Made by a program: the position numbers and the translations under genes
Notes under the pieces: model-generated
Database searches by the model: none
What the model saw: only the letters and a program-made list of their open reading frames with translations
What the model was told of the DNA's origin: nothing
Shown: positions 25,257 to 36,660 of the stretch, in pieces
How positions within the stretch are numbered: position 1 is the first letter of the stretch
Layout of the letters: each line of letters begins with the position of its first letter
Assembly (NCBI GenBank): GCA_965178125.1
Contig: OZ237760.1
Span: 248,001 to 312,000 of the forward strand
DNA from: Bilabrum cf. latius
Taxonomy: Eukaryota
Length of the DNA stretch: 64,000 nucleotides
Reading direction: 5' to 3'

Positions 25257-26553
25257 ATGAAGTCATGGGTGCTTCCGATCATCGCCTCAGCATGCGCCTT
25301 AGCATGTACTGATGATGTGGACTGCTCGCTCAATGGGATCTGTCAGTCCGGGACGTGCGCATGCGACGCGCCATGGGGTGGGCCGAACTGCGAGCTGCTG
25401 CAGTTCAAGCCGGTTTCATACCCTCAAGGATACGGCACAGCCACGACGGTGGCTACGTGGGGCGGTAATGCCATATACAATGAGACTGATGGCCTCTACC
25501 ACATGTTCGTCTCCAGGATGACCAATGAATGCCAGCTAAACAGGTGGACCAAGAACAGCAGGATCGATCACGTAAGAGTTTTGATCTATTGAATAATTTG
25601 GCTATGACTCTAGCGTACATTGTCCCCTCGAGCACGAGTTTAACCGTCGCACGCAGGCGGTCTCCCCCAACATAACCGGGCCGTACACTTTCATGGACAT
25701 TGCGATCAACACGTGGTCCCACAACGCCGCTCCAGTGCAGCTCAAGGACGGCACGTTTGCCATCTTCCACATCGGGGATGGCACCGGGGCTCCTGACGGC
25801 GGGGCAAACTGCACGAATGCCTCCGAGCCGGACGCTGCTGCGGCATCCACGACCGGCTTGCGGGCAGGAACACTGGCAGGAAGGAAAGACGGATGGCGCG
25901 GGGAACAAGGTGCCTCTAAGAGTGCACCTAGCGACCATGCCTCCTCCCGCTCTTCCTCCGGGTCGACCATCCACGTGTCCAACTCATTGTACGGCCCGTG
26001 GGAACCCCTGCAGCCCAACCCGCTGCCGGGCTGCAACAACCCGGCGCCGTGGGTGCACCCCGACAACGGGACCGTGTACATCGTCTGCAGGCCCAAGATC
26101 TACCGCACCGACAACCTGACGGAGGGCTGGACTTACGTGGCCGATGTGCCCACGCATGGCGGCGCCGGCCCCAACCAGGAGGACCCCTTCCTGTACACGG
26201 ACAAGCGGGGCAACTGGCACGCGATCTTCCACACGTACGATCTCACGCACCCTGACCAGTGCAGGAACAGCACGGTCTCGTCACACGCGTTCTCCCCTGA
26301 CGGCTACAACTGGACCATGAGCCCAGTGCAGCCGTACACCACCCAGGTGCCCATCGGCATGGGCGAGTATATAACGGTGTCCACGAGGGAGAGACCGAAG
26401 CTGTGGTTCAACAAGGAGGGGGTGCCGACGCACCTGTTCAATGGGGTGTGCAGTGCCGCGGCATGCCCAGGCATTCCCTGCGTCAATTGCAAGACGGCCG
26501 GTGGATTCTGGGACTACACCCTCGTGGCGCCGCTCTCGACTGCGGATGACTGA
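25257..26553 (+). CDS. Secreted EGF-like + five-bladed beta-propeller glycoside hydrolase (GH43-like clan), paralog 1, about 403 aa
   Basis: Signal peptide, then CTDDVDCSLNGICQSGTCACDAPWGGPNC. Propeller motifs TWGG, YHMFVS, GPY, HN.., NNPAP, EDPFLY and RERPKL. Intron 25572-25656 (GTAAGA...CGCAG); ends TGA. Confidence 0.8.
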
Positions 26554-26656
26554 GAGCCGCGAGTGGGCGACTGAGGGGCCTGTGGATTCTGGGACTACAC
26601 CCTCGTGGCGCCGCTCTCGACTGCGGATGACTGAGAGCCGCGAGTGGGCGACTGAG
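26501..26656. repeat. 75-bp tandem duplication of the last codons, stop and 3' UTR start of paralog 1
   Basis: 26501-26575 is identical to 26582-26656, separated by GGGCCT. Confidence 0.92.
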
Positions 26657-26734
26657 TGGCTTGTAAAATGGAGTATTCTAGCTTAAATGTTCCGAATGAA
26701 GCAGGACACAAATCTCTGCAGCCTGCCGAGTGGT

Positions 26735-26888
26735 GATTCAATGGCACCCCTACTGACGAATACAGAGCATCCATGTACAGTGATGTTTGGGCCGATAGTG
26801 GTATACTGATCGGATCAATTCCGAGTACGAGCTGAGCGAGACCAGCGCTCTCACTTAGGGGAATTCAGAAGAAGATAAAGGAAATAAT
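26735..26888 (+). repeat. Ngaro repeat A1
   Basis: Matches 33061-33214 (GATTCAATGG...GGAAATAAT). Confidence 0.95.
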
Positions 26889-29234
26889 GCTCAGCCAGCA
26901 GAGTGCGCAATGGAAGCAAAGCCGGGCGATCGTGGCGCGAATGACCACTCGTATGGCCCCAACGGTGAGGCGGAGGGTGAACGCTGTGGGTGGTGTTTTC
27001 GATGTGTTTCAAGGTATGGCTGTTGAACACATGTCGAGCTTCTCGGAGCCTGTCGTACGCGAGGCTGTGAACATGCTAAACAAAGAAGGGGCAGATGCGC
27101 AGCGGGCTCTGTTGGGCAGCTGCGTACGCGGCCACACGCCGGTCGCTTCCCTGGGCGCAGGGGCTGCCGTTATGGGCGTGTTCAAACCGACCACGACGCC
27201 AGACGTGGAATCGGGCCTGCGTGGCGCTCTGGAAGTGGCAGCAGGGTTCTCAAAGGACGATCTGATGCCCGAGGACCATGTTCGTCGGCGAGCGCGGCGA
27301 CGGGTGGAAACTCAGACCAAGATGCGACGGGCAGCAATGGGGTGCTCCCACTCTGGGGAGCACCGGTGATCCCGGTACCATCCGGGGCATCAACAACAGC
27401 ACCATTCACGGGGTCAAGGCCTGAACGTGTAGCCGGGGGGCCGATGGGAGCGCACTCACTGGGCCGGGGCATCATGGACGGTGGCGGGTTTGGGTGGAAA
27501 CTGCCTGCCCCAAGCGGGGGGGCCGGTGCAGGGGCGACTGCTACCTCAGGCCATCCGCCGAGCGAGCTGGGCCTCTTTGATTTTGGGGGCGGATTCAGCC
27601 ATGGTGGAGTGACTGCGGCCGATGCTGGGGCGGGTGGCAAACCAGCGGGAGGTCCAACGGCAAGCCGCGGTGCCAGCGCGGTGTTTGGGGCGCAGGCGTC
27701 GATGGGCACCATCTCGGGCGCAACGCTGGGAAAAAGGGGGAGAGCGGAAGAGGTGGGGGAAGCACAAGCTCCCTGGGAGGCCATTGTGGCGGATTCGGAA
27801 CGTCGCACCAAGGCGGCAAGGCGCGAGCAAGAGGTCGAGGGAGCATCCGCGGGAGCAGGAGAGGCGACCGCGAGTGACGCGATCGACAAGCGAATTCAAC
27901 AGGCGGTTGCGGCCATGGCATCGGGTGAGCCCAATGGTACGTTGTAGTTGCTCCGTGCCCTTGCGCTTGAGTTAAATGCCCGGCCCGAGCACTCCACCCA
28001 GGCGATTAAGTCGTCAGCCGGCGCCTGCAAGAAGTCACCATACCAGGGCCAGGTCGGAGCAGACGATGGAGACGGCGCCAAGGAAGTGCATAATTCCATT
28101 CCCACGGCGAAGGGAGTTGACTCTTTGTTCTACGACACCGTACGGTCTTAGGAGGTGCTTCAATTTAGGGACAGTGCACGGTATTTGGCCGAACTCGGGG
28201 AGGAAGGCGAGAGAGCTAAGGACTTGGCCTCAGTGGCGCTGACGAGTGCGGACAAGGCAAAGATTTCGTTACTTCGGATTGAACGCCCCGCGCAGATAAT
28301 GTTCGCTTCTATGGCGAGTGCGGCTGGTTTTCGCCGGGAGTCAGGATCTGGCCGCAGCTTTCATGTGGCACCGGTGCTGGAGGAGGCGGGTGATTTGCTC
28401 ATGCCGGACGGGATCAGGCAATTTGCGAGTAAGTGCGGGTAGCACGTGTTGTCGGGAGTGGCAGAACTGGAACAAGGCAACATTTTTCGATTACCCACGA
28501 TATTGACCAGATCGGTGTGTGGGGCGCTCGAGTGGGTCGTGGCAGGGAGCACGTCGTTGCTGAAGGTGGTTATCACACTTGCGACACTGCTGCACCAGGA
28601 TAAGCATGCGGAAGCCAGGGCAGTAATGAGCAAGCTTCACGAGGCGTTGGAGATTGCAGTGCGAAGAATGTTCTTGGGCTTAGGGATGGTCCTTCATGCG
28701 GCAGCAGTCCGCACGGCAGGTGGAGGCAACGGGGACACAGCCAATACGGGTCAGCATTTCGTGTTAGCAACTGCTCTGCGCATGATTTTGATACATAGGG
28801 TGGCACCAGTGGGGAGAATGGATACTCCTGCGGTGCTTCGACTGTGGTAGTTGCGGAGCGAGAACGAGACCCCGCTGCGGATGACGCAGACTCAGGTGGG
28901 GCCCACGTGGGAATTACTGGGACTGAATCCGGCAGGCAACCATAGCGCTATGGCGTGGGAGGATGTGACAGCCGCGATAGACAAGTCAGCATTGGAGCGA
29001 GCGAAGCGGGTGGCAAAGGAGCATGGGGCCGCAGCTGGAGGAGCGGGGGCAGCGGCAAAACGGTAGTCAGCGAAGGCCAGCAGCAGCAGCAGCAGCAGCA
29101 GTAGCGCGAGTGCGGGTGGACAAGAGTCGCAGCAGGAGTCAGAGCGCCAAAAAGGGACGACATCGGGGCCCAAAACGTAGGCGGAGCCCCGTACCTCCCC
29201 AAGACGAAGTGGCCGACTAGCGGGGAATGGGTGA
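26887..29234 (+). CDS. Ngaro ORF1 (gag-position protein), with an apparent frameshift near 27280
   Basis: ATG at 26887 opens frame 1 to TGA 27369. An overlapping frame (27342-27947, 27948-28151, 28155-28442, 28446-28850, 28851-29066) is continuous through TAG to TGA 29232-29234. The gag call rests on position only. Confidence 0.6.
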
Positions 29235-31626
29235 CGCGGCCCGAGCCAGGGGAAGGGCTGCAGTAGTGTAGGCATGTGCACTATCTTCGGAAGCAGCGCA
29301 AAAAATCCTGGCTCAGCAGAAGACTCCGACCCTACAGCGTGGTGAGCCGAGCCTGCGGACACTGGATGGGCGGTGCATTGTGACGGACATCATGGAACAC
29401 GCGGACGAATTGTTGGACTAGGTTGCATCTGCAGGCCCCTCGAGACGATGGCACGAGGTGCAGATGGAAGCAGCCGGCTATTCTGTGGACAATGACGGTG
29501 ATGCGGGAGCGGGGATGACTGGGGATGCGCCGTCAGCATTGGGTGCGGACGGGATGTGGTAGGCTTGGGCACGATGCCTGGCAAAGCGGGACAAGATTGA
29601 CTTGCGGTCATTCCCACCGGGCTAGGCACCATCATCTGCTTTGGACGTCTGGTATGGAACGTTGTCACACTGGGAGCGTAGGGGCGAACTGCAGCAGGGG
29701 GAGCGATGGGCAGCACGCTAGCCGTGTACGCTGTCACCTCGTGGAGCATGGCAGGCACATTTGGCTCGTTGTCGACGCTGCGGGGCGCGGGGCGCAGTGG
29801 AGCCCGATTGTGTAGCGGGCCGGGGGTTTGTTGGACTGGCACGACATGGGCTTCGGGCGGAGGCAGTCTTGAAGGTGTTGGGGGCGCAGCCGGTACGGGC
29901 TGACCCGAAGGACTTGCCGGCGGACGAGGAGGATGTAGTCCCGTTCGTGGAAGCAGCAGCGAGTGCAGGCAAGATTCGACCGGTGGAGGGCGCCGCGGTC
30001 TAGGTGACGCCTATGTTCGTTGCCAAGAGGACCGCAATCGAGGTACAGCAGCGGGAGGGTCAGACACCACGCTTGGTGCAGCGGGAGGACACGACTGGCA
30101 AGCAGCGCCTAGTCACGGATATGAAGCGCTCGGGCGCGAACGAGGCATTTCTTGACTTGCGTTTCCGGTATGGTGATTTTGCTCGGCATTTAGCAGAGCG
30201 CGTGGGACGTGACAGGCACGAATGGGGGGCAGCCTTCGATTTCAAGGCGGCATATCATAGTATAGCGCTGGCACCGGGGCTGCAGCGATGGATGGCAGTT
30301 CGCGGAGTGGGTGGCAGCATGTTTTAGTTTGTGGTCTTGTCGTTTGGTTGCAGAATGGGCTGTTTTGTCGCATCAGTAGTGTTGGCAGAGTGTTTAGCGG
30401 GGGTGCGACTGCGCACCGCACATTGGGCTTTTGGGTACATTGATGATGGCTTTCTGTCAGCACGTACGGAGGCCCGCACTATGTAGTTGTTGTGGTGTGC
30501 CGTGCTTGTAGCGCGGGGGATTGGCATGAGGATATAGCCTAGCAAACTTACCTTTCCAACATAGGTGATTGAGTTCCTTGGGCTAAAGATTACCCTGGGA
30601 GCCCACTTGAAGGTGACACTGCGCTCGGATCGATGGCCACGGATCCACGCAGTGCTGAGGACCGTTGAGCGAATGCGAGCTTTCAACATGCTAGCAACGA
30701 GTGCGCTGGCGGTCAAGGCTGTGGAGAAACTGGCAGGACAGTTGGGCGCGGCTGCGGCAGTAATCCCCCACGCTTCGCAGCACGTGTTTGCGATATACTA
30801 GGCGGCTGCAAAGGCTCGCAAAGGTGGTAGGCACATCTGGACGGCAGAGTTCAACGAGGAATTTGAGTGGTGGCTGACATGTAGGGACCGCGGTATCTTG
30901 ACAGCGGCAGCAGCTGCACCGATATACCCGTTGCCGGAGGGGAGAGCATCCGTGTTTTGTGCTGACGCGTCAGCCCATGGACTGGGTGCAATGTGGCGCC
31001 GAGGCAATGGTGATTCTGGCTTGATGCAAATGGGTTTCCACGAGGACATGCAGTTACTATCCAGTACGGCACGCGAACTAGCATCACTACGAGCTTTTTT
31101 GTCAGGACCAGGCTAGTTGGCGAGGAGCCAGACTTGCCCAGAGGCGCTCTTCGTGCTGTCAGACAATCAAGCCCTGCCAAATTTGCTGCGGAAGGGCGGC
31201 TCGATGAAGGCTGGGTAGCGAGATGAGCTGCGAGAGATTGGAAGGCTGGCTGAGAACTTGGGATACGTGATCTTCCCCGTGTGGTAGAGGCGAAGTACAC
31301 CGATCATGGTGGCATGCGATAGATTGAGCAGGGTGGAGGACGGTGCTGGTCAACTGGTGTAGACGGCGGGGCAGCGCGTGGGCAAAACGGGGTTTGTCTC
31401 GGCGGCAAGGGCGACATCTGACTCAACTTTTCATGCACCATTTCATCTTCGCAGGACCATTTGGGGAGCTGATCCCAGTGACTGGACGAGCAGGCTCAAG
31501 TGCTGCGGCACAACGGCGAGCAGCGGTGGCGGCGACTAGGACCCTGATGCTGTAGGAGAGTCAGCAGCTCGGCAAGGGAGCTCTGGACGCGCGCAGGCGG
31601 AATCTGACCATGCAGGCGGAACTTGA
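29227..31626 (+). CDS. Ngaro ORF2: reverse transcriptase + RNase H (about 799 aa)
   Basis: One frame with more than 10 in-frame TAG and no TAA/TGA until 31624. RT motifs KQRLVTD, FDFKAAYHSI, MF(TAG)FVVLSFG, GYIDD and PT(TAG)VIEFLG. RNase H motifs FCADAS, ARELASL, LSDNQA and ACDRLSR. Confidence 0.9.
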
Positions 31627-32671
31627 GGTCGGGGATCCGGTGGAGGCCATGTGGGCTTTGCTGACGGAGTAGTGCGCCGCCGGGTTGAAGTATGCCACAG
31701 TGTTGCGATTGTTCCAAGCGCAAACGGCGTGGTTCAGGTCAGCGGAGTTCCCGCGTACCCCACTCGCAGACGTGGAGTACAGGCAGGTCAAACTGGCCCT
31801 GCTCGGCTACAAGCGTAGATGTGCCGGGGCGACGGATCCGGACGCGGTACGTGCCCTACGTGTCCTGGTGGACAACCCTGTAACGTTGCGAGCACTAGTG
31901 ATGATGGCCTGGTAGCTGCAGGCAGAGTGGGATTCGATGTGGCAAGGCCCAGCTGCGCTGGCCCGTGCGGACTACAACTCAACACCAGCGGTTCTCGATA
32001 CATTTATGTGCTGCTATGTGGGGACATTCTGTGGCTTGGCCCGGTGGCCAGATCTGGTGCATCTGGCAATAGGGGAGATAGAGTGGACTGCAGCGTCTGA
32101 TGACAACGAGGTTGTTCCCGTGGCACTGATTGGGTGGCAGCGGTACAAGTCGCGGGTGCTCGGCGGCAACCCCGAGCAGCGCCCGCCAGCGGTCATTCCA
32201 TGCTTGCCGGATGGATTCGAGGAGTTGTGCCCGTATCGGTGGCTGAAGTGGTGGGTATCAGTTCGGTAGCCAACACAAGGGCAGCGCGGGGAAGTATTCG
32301 CCTCTCGAACACGGGCTGCGCACAGTGCCACGCTGCAGTGGATAACAGCGCAAGGGATTCCTGTGCACCGCAAGGGGGAGGGTGTGTACGCCTTCAAGAG
32401 TGCGGGAGTGTCAGCATTGCGCCAGACGGACCCAACCAAGGACGAGAAGTACGTGCACGGCCAGGCTGGGTGGTCTCTGCCCAACATGCCAGCGGTGTAT
32501 GATCGTTACTCATTGATGGAAGCGGCAAGGGTTACGAGGAGTGGGATTCTTCGGGCTATGGTGGGAGCTGGCTCCATCCCAGAACTTCTGAAGACTTGGG
32601 AATCCCAACGCAGGGAGCTTCACCGGAGCCCAGTGAGCAGTGGTGGGGGTGAACGGGATTCAGGGCTCTAA
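31433..32671 (+). CDS. Ngaro ORF3: tyrosine recombinase (about 412 aa), overlapping ORF2
   Basis: Fragments 31343-31555, 31685-31915, 31937-32269 and 32363-32671 join through TAG. Motifs FCGLARWPDL (box I Arg), YKSR, LCPYRWL, GVYAFKSAGVS and HGQAGWS..M...Y. Ends TAA 8 bp before B1. Confidence 0.82.
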
Positions 32672-32679
32672 CTGGGCCA

Positions 32680-33060
32680 GTGGGTGTTCCTTGCGGCGTT
32701 CGATGGGCGAACAGCCAAAAGGGGGGCCCAGTGTAGATCCCGTGGCCAGTGGCAGGTAGTCCCCATAGCGGCTTGAAAGGTCCGTGCCGCCTGCCCAGTG
32801 CCCGGGGAAGCACCAGCCAAAACCAAAGCGCCACGGAAGGAGGAGATTACGAGGAGCAGGTACTAGGTACGAGAGTGGAAGCTGAGGGCAGGACAAAGCG
32901 GCCAGCCGGGCCTAGGCGGCACGGAGACGGCCGTGCTAGCGACAGACGAGTGGGCGACGGTGGGTAGCGGCGCACGAGTGGCGCGTGGCGGGAGAGGGAG
33001 AGTGCTGGGGGAGCGAAGCATTGAGCGGTTGATCGACAGATCCACATTACCAACCATCAT
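32680..33060 (+). repeat. Ngaro repeat B1
   Basis: Matches 34498-34878. Confidence 0.95.
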
Positions 33061-33214
33061 GATTCAATGGCACCCCTACTGACGAATACAGAGCATCCAT
33101 GTACAGTGATGTTTGGGCCGATAGTGGTATACTGATCGGATCAATTCCGAGTACGAGCTGAGCGAGACCAGCGCTCTCACTTAGGGGAATTCAGAAGAAG
33201 ATAAAGGAAATAAT
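33061..33214 (+). repeat. Ngaro repeat A2
   Basis: Directly abuts B1; matches A1. Confidence 0.95.
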
Positions 33215-34497
33215 TTTTACTTTTATAGAATTGTTTCTTGTCTTGTTGGCCCCATTTCCTTCGGATATGGATGGGGCGGCATCGCGGCGGAGGCCGGGAG
33301 GTGAGGGGGGACCAGTAGTTGGCGGACAACAGAGGGGCCTACAGCTGAAGGGAGGGGTGCCAGGCGGATAAGGTTTACTCAGCGAGACAGGGCGTCTTAG
33401 GGGCGGGTAAGTGTGTGTGTGTCACTGCTGCCCGGTAGTGTGTGTAATATTCTCTTGGGAGGGGGGCGGAGGCAGACCGCTCCTCCTCCCTCCGCACTCA
33501 GTACCAGCATGAACCAGCCCTCTTTTCTGTTCATGTGGACCCCCTGACAACGGGGGGACCACGTGGCACCCACGCAGGATGGCGGCGCAGATTCGGAGGG
33601 TACCAACACTCATACCTAGCTACCAACATTTAAGCGTTGCGGAGGGCAACGGAACGGGGCCAGGGAAGCTGCGTGCGTCTAGCCATCTAGAACACGTGGA
33701 CGAACTGGTGGTGGCCTTTGCCACCATCCCATTTCACCAACCAGATGAGGCTCCGTGGTCGCATCTGGTGCCGATGGCCACTGTTAGCAGGACCGTTGGT
33801 GGGTGGCTTGGGGGGCCAGGGACTTGGCTGAGTCAAGTAGGCGTGGGAGTAGGGGTGGGTGCGGTCAGTATGAGGTCCGTGCCTCATGTTGATCGCTGTA
33901 AATCCGGCTATAGGTCGGAAGCAACCCACCCTCCCGGTTGCAACAGTGGGGACGGGTGTGAGGTGGCCACGCGTGAGGTGGTCATGAGACTGGGAGCAGA
34001 GGTGTGGTCCGTGCCGTAAAATCCCCCATGTGGAGCACCTCTGTTTTTCTGGAAGCACAAAGAACCGCGTTGCGGGCCCAGGAAACTTCTGTCCTTTGGA
34101 TGGCTCCGTGGCCGAAGGGGGACAGAGTGACCTGCACAGCCGAGAGGAGAGCCTGAATCTCGGATCGACCCTGGGACAGTCGCACCGGCGACACCCACCG
34201 AGAGAGCGAGGCGAGATCCTGCACAGCGTACGCTGCAGTGGAGGACCACTGTGGTGCTGCAAGAGGCACGGCAACGTGCGGACAGCAGCCGGACCCCGTA
34301 TCCTCACAGAGGGTAAGGCAATGGGAGCCTGAATAGGAGCGGACCGGGTGACGACTGTGCTGGGGCTGCGGTGAGCATACAGGACCGTGTCGAGCGTGGT
34401 GGGCTGGGCGGGATGTGCGAGCGGTGATGCCCTAACTCGATCGAGTTCAAGATTTTTTCTTCTTTTTGCGTGGTGGCGTCCCCTAGGTCGGGGCGGC

Positions 34498-34878
34498 GTG
34501 GGTGTTCCTTGCGGCGTTCGATGGGCGAACAGCCAAAAGGGGGGCCCAGTGTAGATCCCGTGGCCAGTGGCAGGTAGTCCCCATAGCGGCTTGAAAGGTC
34601 CGTGCCGCCTGCCCAGTGCCCGGGGAAGCACCAGCCAAAACCAAAGCGCCACGGAAGGAGGAGATTACGAGGAGCAGGTACTAGGTACGAGAGTGGAAGC
34701 TGAGGGCAGGACAAAGCGGCCAGCCGGGCCTAGGCGGCACGGAGACGGCCGTGCTAGCGACAGACGAGTGGGCGACGGTGGGTAGCGGCGCACGAGTGGC
34801 GCGTGGCGGGAGAGGGAGAGTGCTGGGGGAGCGAAGCATTGAGCGGTTGATCGACAGATCCACATTACCAACCATCAT
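34498..34878 (+). repeat. Ngaro repeat B2
   Basis: Matches B1 and defines the right end of the element. Confidence 0.95.
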
Positions 34879-34969
34879 CGCTGGTTCGTTCCGCCGGTTC
34901 GCTACAGGTCCTTCTTCCAATTGCCGTACAAAACAGCCATCAGGCGCAGCGCACCCTTGGAGAATCATT

Positions 34970-36242
34970 ATGCGATTAGTTCATTTTGCTACATTTGCTT
35001 CAATTGGCATCGCCTGCAGTACAGATGCCGATTGCTCGCTGAATGGCATGTGCAGGAGTGGCAGCTGCGACTGTTCGACTCCTTGGGGGGGTTAGCAGTG
35101 TGGGGAGTTACAGTTCGAAGACGTCCACTTTCCTCAAGGCTACGGAACCCCTGATACAGTAACATCCTGGGGAGGCAATGCCATCTACAACGAAAGTGAG
35201 GGGCTCTACCATGCTTACGTGAGCCGTATGACCAACGAGTGCAAGCTGGGCGATTGGCACAGGAACAGCAGAATTGACCACGTGAGACTATATCTTGCCG
35301 AGTCTGATCAACACAAGAGCTATCGTATGTAGGCTGAGTGCCTCCATGTGTACGACGTAATGTCCCCAATGTCTGTACCATCGCACGCAGGCCGTCTCTT
35401 CAAACATCACCGGACCGTACACATTTGTGGGTGTAGCCGTCAATACCTGGTCCCACAATGCCGCCCCAGTGTAGCTCAAGGACGGCACGTTCGCCATCTT
35501 CCACATCGGGGACGGCAGCGGCTCCCCCAACGGAGGTGCGCACTGCGGCAACTCGAGCGAGGCAGCACCCGATGCTGGCTCGACTCAGCAGAAAGGCTAG
35601 GCTGGCTATGACAAGGCACGCAGTCCACAGGACCACGGCACGGCTTCAAAGGGGTCGACCATCCACGTGTCAGACTCATTGTACGGCCCCTGGGAGCCAC
35701 TGCAGCCCAACCCCATGCCAAGCTGCAACAACCCCTCGCCGTGGGTGCACCCCGACAACGGGACGCTATACCTGCTATGCCGGGAGGGAAACCTGTACAA
35801 GACCGAGAGCATTTCTGATGGCTACGAGTTCGTCGCCCAGATACCCCTAGTCAACCCGTACGCGACGCACATGGAGGACCCCTTCCTGTTCACAGACAGC
35901 CGCGGCAACTGGCACGCGATCTTCCACGCCTTTGACTTCGACGTGCAGGACCAGTGCAGGAACAGCACGGTCGCCCTCCACAGCTACTCCCCGAACGGCT
36001 ACAACTGGACCATGAGCCCCGTGCAGCCGTACACCACCCAGGTGCCCATCGGCATGGGCGAGTATATAACGGTGTCCACGAGGGAGAGACCGAAGCTGTG
36101 GTTCAACAAGGAGGGGGTGCCGACGCACCTGTTCAACGGGGTGAGCGGGGTGCAGGCGTGCCCCGGCGTGGCGTGCGTGGCGTGCAAGACCAAAGGTCAC
36201 GCGTGGTGCTACACGCTCGTTGCCTCCCTCAAGGTTGCATGA
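34970..36242 (+). CDS. Secreted EGF-like + GH43-like beta-propeller hydrolase, paralog 2, about 387 aa
   Basis: Collinear with paralog 1, with an intron at the same codon position (35282-35390, GTGAGA...CGCAG). In-frame TAG at 35093, 35472 and 35598; ends TGA. Confidence 0.8.
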
Positions 36243-36660
36243 GCGAGCGGGCCAAACATCCGATCACCTGAAGAACATCGATCAGTCTAGTACCGATTTA
36301 CGAGCACAACCGTTTAGAAGTGTTACTTGGACAATCCTATTGCTACAATCAACCGCGACAGAGCCATGGTCACTGCCATGCCACCGCTTCCCCATTGACG
36401 ACAGTTCGACACCGTCCCTCAGCCCACGCCGTCCCTCTTCGGCAGGTTTGATGGTGGTCTGTTGGTGCGACCCCTTGCAAGGAAGCTACGCTGGTGTCAA
36501 ATGCTGGGCTTGCTTCCGTCCTAACCGGGCGTCCACCGCACAAGGCGCAACCAACTAACCAGCCATGCAGCTCCAGAGAGACTCCGCTCGCAACTGTCCT
36601 CGGAATCCTTGAGGCACGGACGTGCGGGTACCTGCAACGCGTCGCCAAGCAGACATTCTT

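Larger units (their letters stand above)
26735..34878 (+). mobile_element. Ngaro-type tyrosine-recombinase retrotransposon (DIRS order) with split direct repeats
   Basis: A1 26735-26888 matches A2 33061-33214 (154 bp); B1 32680-33060 matches B2 34498-34878 (381 bp). Order is A1-gag-RT/RNaseH-YR-B1-A2-spacer-B2. No target-site duplication is visible. Confidence 0.93.

Noticed and set aside
33687-34652. 321-aa minus-strand ORF across the spacer and B2
   Set aside because: It starts inside a terminal repeat, has Arg/Pro-rich shadow-like composition and shows no recognisable motif.
32680-34878. B1/B2 as LTRs of a separate small LTR element, or an assembly duplication
   Set aside because: No TG...CA ends or target-site duplication, and the interleaving with A1/A2 plus a tyrosine recombinase matches Ngaro split direct repeats.
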